Positions 10,134 to 19,759 are shown, numbered from the stretch's first letter. The stretch is 64,000 nt of DNA from Candidatus Omnitrophota bacterium (GCA_018817165.1 JAHITY010000099.1:391-64390), one strand, 5' to 3'. Notes: a model not told the origin generated them from the letters alone. Numbers and translations: made by a program.

Positions 10134-10540
10134 AAACTATTGGTTCCAGTAGTATTTCTCAAGAACCGCTCCGTAATCATCTTTTCCTTCCCATATTCTA
10201 AAATATACTTCTGCTGATCCTCCGGTAGTTTTAGGAGGTTTAATATCTGGCATACCCGTACCCTTGAAATCCCTAGTTTTTGGGCTAGTTGGTTTTGGTT
10301 TAGCCATTCTTCCTTCATAATTCGTGTAAACTCTAGTGCCTTTTCAATCGGATTTTCATATGCTTGTACGTACTGATAATGACGCATTTCTTTCTGCGAA
10401 ACAATATGACTTTTTGGTATAAAATCCGGCTTTTTACCACGAAACAAAGTCTTCGTTTTATTCTGCCATTTGTAAAAGTATGGGATTTCTTCACTTACTA
10501 CTTTTGAATTTGTTCGCTGTGAGTCTCGTTCGGGGAGCCA
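10130..10540 (-). pseudogene. HTH reading frame starting WLP at an att scar (detached integrase C-terminus)
   Basis: WLPERDSQRT...NQNQLAQKLGISRVRVCQILNLLKL; no ATG/GTG/TTG between the upstream stop (10570) and WLP. Confidence 0.65.
10531..10540 (+). mobile_element. att-like tRNA 3'-end scar CGGGGAGCCA
   Basis: Exact repeat; followed by hairpin AAACCTTTGTAAC..GTTACAAGGGTTT. Confidence 0.7.
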
Positions 10541-10815
10541 AATTATAAACCTTTGTAACGCAATAAGTTACAAGGGTTTTATTTTGCCAGTTTGGACACG
10601 TAGCGAACAAAGTATTGATGCCACTGAAGTTGACATCAGAATAGGAGATGGTAGCATAAGTTTCTTCGACGGTAGTTTGAGATATTTAGTTTGTATTTCA
10701 TCAGAGATGTGAATTTTTTAAGCATTTTTAATAATATGGTTGACATCGGGCAATAATATGGTAGTATATTTGATGTATGAAAATTATATATAGGTAACTG
10801 GAGGAGTTACTTGCT

Positions 10816-11613
10816 ATGAAGAAAAAAACAATAAGTGCCTTAACCCAAAAAGAGGCTGAAATTGTTGCCCGTTTATCATATGAGGAAAAGGATATTGTAA
10901 CGGCGCAAGAACTGGATTCTTTTTTGCCTGGCGATTTTCCTTATCGAAAACAGCTGGTTTACAACCTGAAAAAAAAGGGGATTTTAACCCCCATTAAGAG
11001 GGGAGTATATATCTTTGTACCTTTAGAATCTGTGCCGACCGGACGCAGGGTAAGCGAATTCTTAATTCCTCCCATTTTCTTTCCTAAAGATAACTATTAT
11101 ATCGGTTATTCGACCATGTTTAATTATTATGGGTTTACTGATCAGCAGTTTCAAATTATTTATGTGCTTAATACCACTCGTTGTATGAAAAAGACGATAG
11201 CGGGGGCATCATTTAAATTCGTAAAAATACCGTATAATAGGTTTTATGGTTTAGAGAAAATAAGCATAAAAAACAAGGAGATAATTATAAGTTCAAAAGA
11301 GAGGACATTGATTGATTTAATTTATTTCAACAAACCTGTTGGCGGCATCGAAACAGCGGGTGAAATTCTCAGGCGGTTTGTAACGGAAAAGAAATGCGAT
11401 ATTAAAAAGTTGATTGAATATTCTGTTCAATTTCCCGGGGTTAAGACAAAAAAGGTGATAGGTCTTAATCTTGAAAAGGCTGGTGTTTCAGATAACTTAT
11501 TAAAACCGCTGGAAAAAAGTGTGAAGAATACTTCACTCATCTCATTAGCGTATTCTCGTAAAGGGACTCTTAATAAAAAATGGAAGATTATTATTAATGA
11601 TACACAGAGATAA
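10816..11613 (+). CDS. AbiEi-family antitoxin (paralog 2)
   Basis: Clearly homologous to 7409..8200. Confidence 0.85.
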   Translation: MKKKTISALTQKEAEIVARLSYEEKDIVTAQELDSFLPGDFPYRKQLVYNLKKKGILTPIKRGVYIFVPLESVPTGRRVSEFLIPPIFFPKDNYYIGYSTMFNYYGFTDQQFQIIYVLNTTRCMKKTIAGASFKFVKIPYNRFYGLEKISIKNKEIIISSKERTLIDLIYFNKPVGGIETAGEILRRFVTEKKCDIKKLIEYSVQFPGVKTKKVIGLNLEKAGVSDNLLKPLEKSVKNTSLISLAYSRKGTLNKKWKIIINDTQR

Positions 11614-12472
11614 AGACAAATTTTCTAAATTAGTTGATCGTATTGCTTCTTTAACCGGATTTTATGCCCCATTGATGGAGAAGGACTATTATCTGACGCT
11701 TTTTCTTTCTAAAATAAATGAGCTTTCGGATAATCTTATTTTTAAGGGCGGGACCTGCCTTAATAAGATTTACTATTCTTATTATCGGTTAAGTGAAGAT
11801 TTGGACTTTAGCATGCGCCTTCCTGATTATACGACTACTCGCGATAATAGGCGCAAATGCATCCAGCCGGTAAAAGACAATATAGAAAATTTTGCTAAGC
11901 AGTTTGATTTAAAGCTTGAAGGCGCGGAAAACGCGGGGAGAAACGTATCAAAGCAATATGTTTATTATCTCGCGTATGATTCTGTCCTCCTGCCATCACA
12001 ACAAACAATAACGTTCGAAGTGGGATTAAGGTATAATCCAATTTTAAATCCAGAGTTAAAAGATGTTCAGCACAAATTTCTTAATCCTTTTTCTGATAAA
12101 CCCTTATTTGATGGCGGAAAAGTGAAGAGCATGTCTTTGAATGAAATCGTGAGTGAAAAACTCAGGGCTGCGGCCTTGAGGCAAATAATCGCCCCGCGAG
12201 ATTTCTATGACCTCGATTTTATTATCCGGCAAGGTTTTAACTTAGCGGATAAAGAGGTTATAAAGCTATTCGTTAAAAAGATTGAGGAGGACAATGGCGA
12301 TCTTGATCTGGCAAAATACAAAATCAACCTCGGTCGCTCAGACAAAGAAATCAAAGACATGAAATCACGTATTGAGAATGAGTTGTTTGATGTGTTAACA
12401 GTTAGCGAGCGGGAAAACTTTGACTTGGATACAGCGTTGAAGAGGATTAATGAAGTAATGGGCGGTATTTAA
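11597..12472 (+). CDS. AbiEii nucleotidyltransferase toxin (paralog 2)
   Basis: Same motifs as 8190..9068; 3' third nearly identical at DNA level. Confidence 0.9.
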   Translation: MIHRDKDKFSKLVDRIASLTGFYAPLMEKDYYLTLFLSKINELSDNLIFKGGTCLNKIYYSYYRLSEDLDFSMRLPDYTTTRDNRRKCIQPVKDNIENFAKQFDLKLEGAENAGRNVSKQYVYYLAYDSVLLPSQQTITFEVGLRYNPILNPELKDVQHKFLNPFSDKPLFDGGKVKSMSLNEIVSEKLRAAALRQIIAPRDFYDLDFIIRQGFNLADKEVIKLFVKKIEEDNGDLDLAKYKINLGRSDKEIKDMKSRIENELFDVLTVSERENFDLDTALKRINEVMGGI

Positions 12473-12490
12473 TTAGGAGCATTATGTAGT

Positions 12491-13084
12491 ATGTCTTTTA
12501 TTCGAATAACCCAAAAACTCCAAAAAGAGATGGGAATAAAAAATGCTGATTTAGTATCGCAGGGAAAGTCCACAGAGGCTTTTCATGAATGGTACGCCCA
12601 TGTTTTTATTCTTGCTCGGAAAAAGCAAGTGATTTTTGTTGAGACGCAGACGTTGTTTTCCTTTTGTATTGAGAATGTTAACCTAAAAGATATTCGAGAG
12701 CGGTTGTCGGGACTTTTTGAGAAAGGTTTCGGGAAGGCTCTTTTTGTTGAGGGAGTAAGCGCTCTAATTATGTCAAAGGTGATGGAGATTTGTCGAGGGG
12801 AATTAAAATTTGCAAAAACTGAGAGCCGAATGACGATAGGGGCGATGAATGAGTTTGTTAAGCAACATAAATTTTGTTTTTCGTATAAAGATAGGGCAAT
12901 TGAGACGCAAGACCAGATGAATCGGTATATGCCGATGCGGGGATTTCCGGATGGATCCAAGGGTTATAAATTCCCCATAGAGGTTTTTGCTAAAGTAGTT
13001 AAAGATCAGTTTGATTTAGATTTCACTCCGCGCAAACAGGACTTTTTTAAGAAAATTTATTCTGATAGGGCGTTAGAGATTTAG
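12491..13084 (+). CDS. Hypothetical protein (DUF6933-like)
   Basis: IRITQKLQKEM...EWYAHVF...IFVETQTLF. Confidence 0.55.
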   Translation: MSFIRITQKLQKEMGIKNADLVSQGKSTEAFHEWYAHVFILARKKQVIFVETQTLFSFCIENVNLKDIRERLSGLFEKGFGKALFVEGVSALIMSKVMEICRGELKFAKTESRMTIGAMNEFVKQHKFCFSYKDRAIETQDQMNRYMPMRGFPDGSKGYKFPIEVFAKVVKDQFDLDFTPRKQDFFKKIYSDRALEI

Positions 13085-13484
13085 ATGGAAACTCCTCTTT
13101 TCGCAATTGCCTTTCCGTAATCATCTTTTCCTTCCCATATTCTAAAATATACTTCTGCTGATCCTCCGGTAGCTTTAAGAGATTTAATAGCTGACATACC
13201 CGCACACTTGAAATCCCTAGTTTTTGGGCTAGTTGGTTTTGGTTTAGCCCTTCTTCCTTCATAATTCGTGTAAACTCTAGTGCCTTTTCAATAGGATTTT
13301 CATATGCTTGTACGTACTGATAATGACGCATTTCTTTCTGCGAAACAATATTACTTTTTGGTATAAAATCTGGCTTTTCACCACGAAATAAAGTCTTCGT
13401 TTTATTCTGCCATCTGTAATGGTATGGCAATACATCAGTTACAACGCGTGAATTTGTTCGCTGTGAGTCTCGTTCGGGGAGCCA
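13047..13484 (-). pseudogene. HTH reading frame starting WLP at an att scar; near copy of 10130..10540
   Basis: WLPERDSQRTNS...LAQKLGISSVRVCQLLNLLKL. Confidence 0.65.
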
Positions 13485-13820
13485 AAAAATCAGAGAGTCC
13501 AAAAGGGCTCTCTTTTTTTGTCCGCGAGAACTCGAACCTCAAAAAAGGGTATTAGGGGAAAAGACTGTTTTCCCCTATCCCGAATGGGGAATATTTCTCT
13601 GGGTTAGCATCGGGACCCCGAAGAGTTTCTTTGGGGAGTTACTTCATTCGGGGTCGGCGTACTGGAACTTCTCGCGCAAGGAAGGGGTATCCAAGGGGAA
13701 CTGAAAGAGTGCACCTTTAAGGAGTGAGCGGACCTGTTTCTCAAGGGAGCGCTTGTCCCGCCGTATTTTGGCGGGGACACGACAGGTTCGGCGAAGCGAA
13801 AGTCCTCGCGGGGGGAGCTA
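13475..13820 (+). repeat. att scar, hairpin and palindrome-rich element ending in a second tRNA-3'-end mimic (copy 1)
   Basis: CGGGGAGCCA, GAGAGTCC-AAAA-GGGCTCTC, outer IR CGCGAGAACT...AGTCCTCGCG, ends GGGGGAGCTA; 13695-13818 nearly identical to 18322-18444. Confidence 0.85.
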
Positions 13821-13867
13821 AAAAACCTAACAAGTTGTAACTAAATAAGTTGCAGCGGGTTATTTTT

Positions 13868-13899
13868 TTGCAAAAATCATTGATTCGTGGTATACTTTA
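13868..13899 (+). promoter_or_regulatory. Putative promoter TTGCAA-N14-TGGTATACTTTA
   Basis: Same signature upstream of the 44655, 57153 and 63890 genes. Confidence 0.6.
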
Positions 13900-14000
13900 A
13901 AATCTTTTTTAGTATGTGATTTTAAATCCTAACTTATTAAAATTGAATAAGTTGAAAGATAAGTAGCTTTAAGGCGGAATGAGGATCATTTAGGGTAAAA

Positions 14001-17000
14001 ATGAGAAAGAAAAAAAGTATCTATAAAATAATAGTCAATATTATTATATTAGCACTTGTGCAGGTATTAGCATTTTCTAATTCTGCATGGGCTCTTGAAG
14101 CTTCTTTGCAAAAAAACAGAGATACTTTATCTCCGCAAATCCAAACAAGTCTTCCATTGATTCAAAATGCCTATAGTTTTTTAAAAGCAAATAAAGAACA
14201 GGGGAATACTCTTTTCTTGCGCACAGAGGCAAGTATTGAAAAAACGCCAAGTGAGTTAAGAAAGGACTTACTTGAGCTTATGGAATTTCTTGGTAAAAAA
14301 GATTTTAAAATTCTTATAGATATAGCTTTTAAAGATAAAGTGCTAACTCAAGATCAATATGAAGTTTTGCTTTATTGCTTAAAGCAAGGGGCTGTATCTC
14401 TTGAAAAAATAGATAGGACTTTTTCACAGCAAAGAAGGGTTGATATTACTACTGTGACCAGGTGGCTTGTAGGCACAAGTGAACAGGGAAGAAAGGAAAT
14501 CGGGGCATATCAGATAATTTATGAGGACGCTTCGCCATCTCTTAGGGAGAAAATAGATCAAAAGCTGGCGGTTTATATTAAAGAAAATATATTTGATTTC
14601 TTCTTGAATCATATGGATGCTGAAATTAAAAATGTCATGGAAAAAGCTATTGAAAACTGGCAGGGTGAAGAGGTTGAAAAAGAAATTATTAGGATTAAGC
14701 TAAGCAATCCTGGTGTTGCATGGAAAGATATATATGAGCATGAAAATGTGAACTTAAAAAAAGGCAAATTTTATAAGACCCTTAAGCGTATAAAAAAGAA
14801 TTTCAATAAAGCTATTGATAATGAGGGAACTGTAATTATTGAAAAAATAATCATAGAAGAAAGCCCTCGAGCATTGAAATATCTTGCAGGTGATCTTATG
14901 GAATTAAAGACGGAATTGCTTGATGTAATCGAAACATCAGAAAGATTAAAAGTAAAAAAAATGGATGAAGAGGAAAAAAGCTTTGTGCTTAGAATGAGTT
15001 TGTTTGAAGGTGAAAAACATAGAGCAATCGATAAGATAAATAAATTTTTTCTGGGCAGATCACAGATGTTCTTGAATGGAAGAACTCTGGAGGAGAATTT
15101 TTATGAAGGGGCAAAGAAAATAAAACAGTTTTTATTGCTGCCTGGAGGGAAATATTTATGCTTCTTTGAGCCTAAAGATGAAATGATCAATAATTCCTTT
15201 GAAAAAAATAATCTTGTTTTTGCTGTGCTAAATTCAAGCTCTAAGGCAAAAAGAATTAATTTAGATAAATATATTATTAGTGGAAAAAGCTTGAGTTTAG
15301 GAGGGAATTTTGTCTGGAACCAGTACAAGATTAATTGCTCAAATTTTCAATCTGCAAATATTGAGTTTCGGGTTGAAAATGATATCCCACGCTTTATTAA
15401 ATTATTGCAAAATAAAGAGGGGCAACAGATCAGAGATAATAAAGGAGAGCCATTAGTAATCGAAGTCTTTGATATGTTTGGACAGAAGGTGTCAGTGCGG
15501 CGTCAGCTTGCGGACAAATATTTTTTAAAACTAAAGCTGAATGATAAGAAAATTCGTTGTTCATATAATGAAGCTGAAAAAAATGTGCATGAGGCGATTG
15601 TTGATCTAAAGAGAATCAGTATTGATCTTGATTCTTGGCAGTTTAAGAAAAAACTGCGTGAAGTAAAAAAAGCTTTGTGGGTTATAAGAGGAGATCTTAA
15701 GGGTAAGGAGCAAGAAACAGCGAGGTTTATCTGTGATATGGCAGGCAGAGATGATCTTTTTGAAATACTACAGAATATTTCGATGAAGGGAATGTTTAGA
15801 TCATATTTAACTTTTCAATCAGCTTTTGATGCTTATATGGCTCGGGATAAAGATAAAAGACATTTTGACAGCCTTAACTGCAGTAAGGCGAAAGGCGGAG
15901 ATATTACTTTGCTTGATGCGGTAAGAAATTATGGGATTTTAAAGCGTAAAATAGAAGCTGAATATAAAGATGTGCATGAAGCACATAAAGAATTTATGTT
16001 TATGGATAAGAAAGATATTTCGTATGTGCAGCTTTCCATGAGAAAAGACGATGGAGGCAATCCAATGTTATTAAAAGCATTTTATAAATTTCGCCAGGAA
16101 CTAAAAGATATATATGGTTTTACTTTGCCTGATAATACACATAAAAGAAAAAGTAAAAAGGAAGTTCAAGCCTTTCTTGATAATATTCCGGAGCGAGAGC
16201 AGACTCCTAAAAAATTGAAAGAAAATAATCTTTGGTGGGTTTATAATGGAGCAAAATATTATAAAATTGTATTGCCAAAAGAAAGAGATTTTATAGATAA
16301 TACAGGATATGATAGCTATAAAGAAAGAATTAATAATAGAAATAAATATCAAGAAGTGGACATGTTTGAATTGTGGCATAGCATGGAAACGGATCAGGAG
16401 GCAAGGAATCAGTTAATTGAATATTTTATGCCGATGATAATAGATACTGTTGAGGATTTTAATGGTCGAAAAGGAAAATATATTACAGAACATTCCCAGT
16501 TTTATCTGGATGGCGATATTAGTAGGGCGAGTGTGGCAATGATTGAGGCAATTGATGACTGGCATCCTGAGATGGATATGATGTTAGATGGTTTTGTTAA
16601 GGATCGGATTATCTCAGCGTTTAAGAAAAGTATAAATGAATTTTATAAAGATAAAAGAATAATGCAGTCATCGAATACGCCTAAAGGGAATAAAGATGGG
16701 AATTATGCAGGTAAAAGTGGTCCTTTTGGCAATGGGAGGATTAATACTCTTGATGATAAATTTGAAGCAAATACTGTTGCTGCTGATGATGCATTCGATA
16801 GGGTTCAGCGTATGGAAAGGGCAGTTGCCGGCATAGGTAAAGGGGATTACAGCTTCTTAGTTGGTAGTGAATTTGAAATCAATGAATCTATGCTTATACC
16901 CAAAATTAGAAAACAGCAATTTGCTGAAGAACTGCGCAGTTATCTGTTAAAGCGAGGTGTCCTTGAAAATATTTCAGGTAAATTTGCTATTTGGGTTATG

Positions 17001-17990
17001 GGCAGTATGGGAAATATCGGGCTTGCTCGAAAAGGAGACAGCGATGTTAATCTCATAGTGCTTATGCAGGCAAGCAATGGCCAATGTAAAGAAGCTGTTT
17101 GGAGTCTTGAGGCGCTGATCGGTACAGGAGAAATATTTGAGGGTAATGATGAAAATTTTATTTTAGAAATCGGAAAAAACGGGAGCAGACAGGAGCTGGA
17201 TTTTTATGCTCCGCAATTTGTTTCATTGCTTGAGAAATATGAGGTAGGAATAAATGGTAAAGGAGCTGCTTCTATTGAGGTGGTTTCCACAAATGCAGCG
17301 GGCTATGGAGATAATCGGGCATTGAAGCGGGCGCGTTTTCATGTGGTTGATGATATTACCGGGATGGGTACCAATGGGATATTGGTATTGGAATCTGATG
17401 AAGGGATAGCCCAAGAACTTAAACAACAAGTCAGAGACAGGTTTGTTGATGATTTTGAGTATCATATTGATTTTGCGAATGAGTACTTAATTTATTTTTT
17501 TGCAGAGCAAGTGGAAAAACTAAAATCAACGATTGATAAGAATAAAAAGGTTGAATTACCTTTAGAGCCAAACGTTGAAATTCAAGAAGAGGCTTCTGAG
17601 GAATCTTCCATATTTCAGAAAGCAGATTCGCCTAGAAATAGAGGCTTTTTTCAGGATAAGGTCAGGCTAGAGGTGTTTAATGGGTTTGTATCGATAAGAT
17701 TAATTGATCTTATCGAAGGCGGCGTGATGGCTTTTAAAGATGAGTGGCGGCATATGCTAACTGTATTTGAAGGAAAAAATATTTTTGTGGATGACTATCT
17801 TAAAACAGATAATGTAGACCCCGGTAAAGAAGAAGCGATTGAAGCGTTAAGTGATGAATTATTGATTTATCTTCAAAAAGAGATTCAGCAAATGTCTGGT
17901 CATCATGAAAAAGGGGGGCAGGGTTGGACATGCAGCAGCTTTGACTTTGAAATGTTAAGAGATAATGCAGAAGTAAAATCAGCAATATAA
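14001..17990 (+). CDS. Large signal-peptide protein with sigma-70 region 2-like and nucleotidyltransferase-like segments (dual-tag family)
   Basis: Signal ending AWA; LWHSMETDQEARNQLIEYFMPMI..IEAIDDWHP..RI (FliA/WhiG-like); VMGSMG..DSDVN (NTase-like); C-terminus NAEVKSAI. Confidence 0.65.
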   Translation: MRKKKSIYKIIVNIIILALVQVLAFSNSAWALEASLQKNRDTLSPQIQTSLPLIQNAYSFLKANKEQGNTLFLRTEASIEKTPSELRKDLLELMEFLGKKDFKILIDIAFKDKVLTQDQYEVLLYCLKQGAVSLEKIDRTFSQQRRVDITTVTRWLVGTSEQGRKEIGAYQIIYEDASPSLREKIDQKLAVYIKENIFDFFLNHMDAEIKNVMEKAIENWQGEEVEKEIIRIKLSNPGVAWKDIYEHENVNLKKGKFYKTLKRIKKNFNKAIDNEGTVIIEKIIIEESPRALKYLAGDLMELKTELLDVIETSERLKVKKMDEEEKSFVLRMSLFEGEKHRAIDKINKFFLGRSQMFLNGRTLEENFYEGAKKIKQFLLLPGGKYLCFFEPKDEMINNSFEKNNLVFAVLNSSSKAKRINLDKYIISGKSLSLGGNFVWNQYKINCSNFQSANIEFRVENDIPRFIKLLQNKEGQQIRDNKGEPLVIEVFDMFGQKVSVRRQLADKYFLKLKLNDKKIRCSYNEAEKNVHEAIVDLKRISIDLDSWQFKKKLREVKKALWVIRGDLKGKEQETARFICDMAGRDDLFEILQNISMKGMFRSYLTFQSAFDAYMARDKDKRHFDSLNCSKAKGGDITLLDAVRNYGILKRKIEAEYKDVHEAHKEFMFMDKKDISYVQLSMRKDDGGNPMLLKAFYKFRQELKDIYGFTLPDNTHKRKSKKEVQAFLDNIPEREQTPKKLKENNLWWVYNGAKYYKIVLPKERDFIDNTGYDSYKERINNRNKYQEVDMFELWHSMETDQEARNQLIEYFMPMIIDTVEDFNGRKGKYITEHSQFYLDGDISRASVAMIEAIDDWHPEMDMMLDGFVKDRIISAFKKSINEFYKDKRIMQSSNTPKGNKDGNYAGKSGPFGNGRINTLDDKFEANTVAADDAFDRVQRMERAVAGIGKGDYSFLVGSEFEINESMLIPKIRKQQFAEELRSYLLKRGVLENISGKFAIWVMGSMGNIGLARKGDSDVNLIVLMQASNGQCKEAVWSLEALIGTGEIFEGNDENFILEIGKNGSRQELDFYAPQFVSLLEKYEVGINGKGAASIEVVSTNAAGYGDNRALKRARFHVVDDITGMGTNGILVLESDEGIAQELKQQVRDRFVDDFEYHIDFANEYLIYFFAEQVEKLKSTIDKNKKVELPLEPNVEIQEEASEESSIFQKADSPRNRGFFQDKVRLEVFNGFVSIRLIDLIEGGVMAFKDEWRHMLTVFEGKNIFVDDYLKTDNVDPGKEEAIEALSDELLIYLQKEIQQMSGHHEKGGQGWTCSSFDFEMLRDNAEVKSAI

Positions 17991-18106
17991 AAATATATTA
18001 AATAAATATAAAATATTCAGCAATCAATGTAATGTGGTTTAGATGCTTGTTTAACAATTAGAACACGGCACATTAAGTTGTAAGTTTTTAAGCCTTTCTG
18101 AATCTT

Positions 18107-18444
18107 AAAAGTTACGAAATTTGTCAAATACGGGGGAGCCAAAAAAATTAGAGAGTCCTTTTGGGCTCTCTGATTTTTCAGCGAGGACGAAGAACCTTAA
18201 AAAAGGGTTTTAGGGGAAAAGATGCCCGGGCTTACAAATCATCTTGAGAGCCTTCTGATGTTTCATGTTCAGGCATTCTCATAGGATTGTTCCCTTCCTA
18301 TCTCGAATGGGGAATATTAAGGGGGAACTGAAAGAGTGCCCCTTTAAGGAGTGAGCGGACCTGTTTCTCAAGGGAGCGCTTGTCCCGCCGTATTTTGGCG
18401 GGGACACGACAGGTTCGGCGAAGCGAAAGTCCTCGCGGGGGAGC
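18107..18444 (+). repeat. Integrase tail, att scar, hairpin and palindromic element (copy 2)
   Basis: Antisense reads GSPVFDKFRNF; GGGGGAGCCA at 18132; IR GCGAGGAC(18181)...GTCCTCGC(18429). Confidence 0.85.
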
Positions 18445-18505
18445 TTGTTTTTTAATCCATTATTATAGAAGCTTATAGTAAGGGGACTTTTTTTTATCTT
18501 GACAA

Positions 18506-18522
18506 ATAGTAATGATTACTAT
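18506..18522. promoter_or_regulatory. Fur/PerR-type palindromic operator in the promoter
   Basis: ATAGTAAT-G-ATTACTAT directly after TTGACA. Confidence 0.8.
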
Positions 18523-18533
18523 ATAGTAATCAT

Positions 18534-18971
18534 ATGGAAAAGGAAGCGCAGGACCTTAAGAAAATGTTCTATGATAAGTGTGCCGAGAAGGGATTAAAAA
18601 TAACCCCTCAACGTTTGCTTATTTTTGATGAGCTCTCAAAAGCTAAAGATCATCCTACGGCCGATGCCATCTATAGACGTGTACGCAAGAGTCTATCGAA
18701 TATTTCTTTCGATACTGTCTATCGGACTTTATTGTCTTTTACTGAAATAGGTATAGTTAATCTTGTAGAAGGTTCTGGACAGCAAAAACGCTTTGACCCT
18801 AATCGACATCTACATCATCATTTCAGATGTATTAAGTGCGACACTATTTACGATTTTGAGAATGATGCATATAATGATATTGCCGTGCCGAAGGCTGTGC
18901 AGAAACAAGGAGTTATTATCAATAAGAGGGTAGTGTTGGAAGGTATTTGTTCGAAGTGTAAGGGGAAGTAA
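18534..18971 (+). CDS. Fur/PerR-family transcriptional regulator
   Basis: TPQR, HPTA, TVYRTL, HHHFRCIKC, CSKC. Confidence 0.95.
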   Translation: MEKEAQDLKKMFYDKCAEKGLKITPQRLLIFDELSKAKDHPTADAIYRRVRKSLSNISFDTVYRTLLSFTEIGIVNLVEGSGQQKRFDPNRHLHHHFRCIKCDTIYDFENDAYNDIAVPKAVQKQGVIINKRVVLEGICSKCKGK

Positions 18972-18988
18972 TATTTTTTTACCTATTG

Positions 18989-19007
18989 AATAGTAATTAT
19001 TACTATT
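18989..19007. promoter_or_regulatory. Second Fur/PerR-type operator, upstream of the QueD-like gene
   Basis: AATAGTAAT-T-ATTACTATT perfect palindrome matching 18506. Confidence 0.8.
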
Positions 19008-19117
19008 TAGTAGTCAAACGCAATTAAAGGAAGGGGTGATTTAGAAAATAAAACATGATTAGCGGAGGGCAGTAAGTAATATAAAAATAAAACACTAACC
19101 AAAAGGAGGGAACTATT

Positions 19118-19612
19118 ATGTTAAACGAAAAGTATACATCAATCGTAAAATTTGATTTTCAGTACGCGCATAGATTTATGAATTGGCCGCGCGAAGCAAA
19201 ACATCTTCATGGGCATTCCGGTCTTGTAACAATTGAACTGGAAGACACCGTAGATCCGGTGACAGGATATGCACACGCTTGTAAAGATGGATTCAAAAAA
19301 GCCTGGGAAGTCTGTGACCATTTCCACCACGCAACAATATTGCAAGAAGGCGACCCTCTGCTTGAGGCGATGCTTGCTGTATATAAAAAGGCAGGCATTA
19401 CTAATGACCCGGAGCATTGTGTTCCTCTTAAAAAGATAGACCACCCACTTGCTTGGTCATATCCGGAATACAGAATAGTTGTATCTAAAAAAGTTACTAC
19501 TTGTGAAAATTGGTGTGAACTTTTATACGAGCTTCTTAAAGACAAGATGCCAATCAAAAAAATTACTTTCCGCTCATCTTCTATGAACTGCGCATCGAAA
19601 GTATTTAAGTAA
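19118..19612 (+). CDS. QueD/PTPS-family (6-carboxytetrahydropterin synthase-like) protein, atypical
   Basis: YAHRF...LHGHSG, FHHA, TTCEN; lacks the usual Cys before LHGH. Confidence 0.8.
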   Translation: MLNEKYTSIVKFDFQYAHRFMNWPREAKHLHGHSGLVTIELEDTVDPVTGYAHACKDGFKKAWEVCDHFHHATILQEGDPLLEAMLAVYKKAGITNDPEHCVPLKKIDHPLAWSYPEYRIVVSKKVTTCENWCELLYELLKDKMPIKKITFRSSSMNCASKVFK

Positions 19613-19632
19613 AAAAAGGTTATATTTGTACT

Positions 19633-19665
19633 CATCCACCGGCTTAGCCGGTGGATGTTCTTTTC
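19633..19665 (+). terminator. Intrinsic terminator
   Basis: CATCCACCGGC-TTA-GCCGGTGGATG followed by a T-rich run. Confidence 0.75.
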
Positions 19666-19671
19666 TATTAC

Positions 19672-19759
19672 AAGTTGCGGAATAGAGAGAAGCCAGTAAA
19701 ATCAGAGAGTCCAAAAGGGCTCTCTTTTTTTGTCCGCGAGGGCAAAAACCTCAAAGGGA
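19672..19759 (+). repeat. Degenerate att scar, hairpin and start of the palindromic element
   Basis: AAAATCAGAGAGTCCAAAAGGGCTCTCTTTTTTTGTCCGCGAG identical to the copy at about 13486. Confidence 0.75.

Noticed and set aside
10643-10700. Fluoride riboswitch (GGAGATGG)
   Set aside because: No complementary stem or downstream CTGATGA/GCCT elements; downstream gene is an antitoxin
13740-13820. Intact tRNA gene
   Set aside because: Only T-arm and acceptor-like 3' sequence is present; no D-arm, anticodon arm or matching 5' acceptor strand
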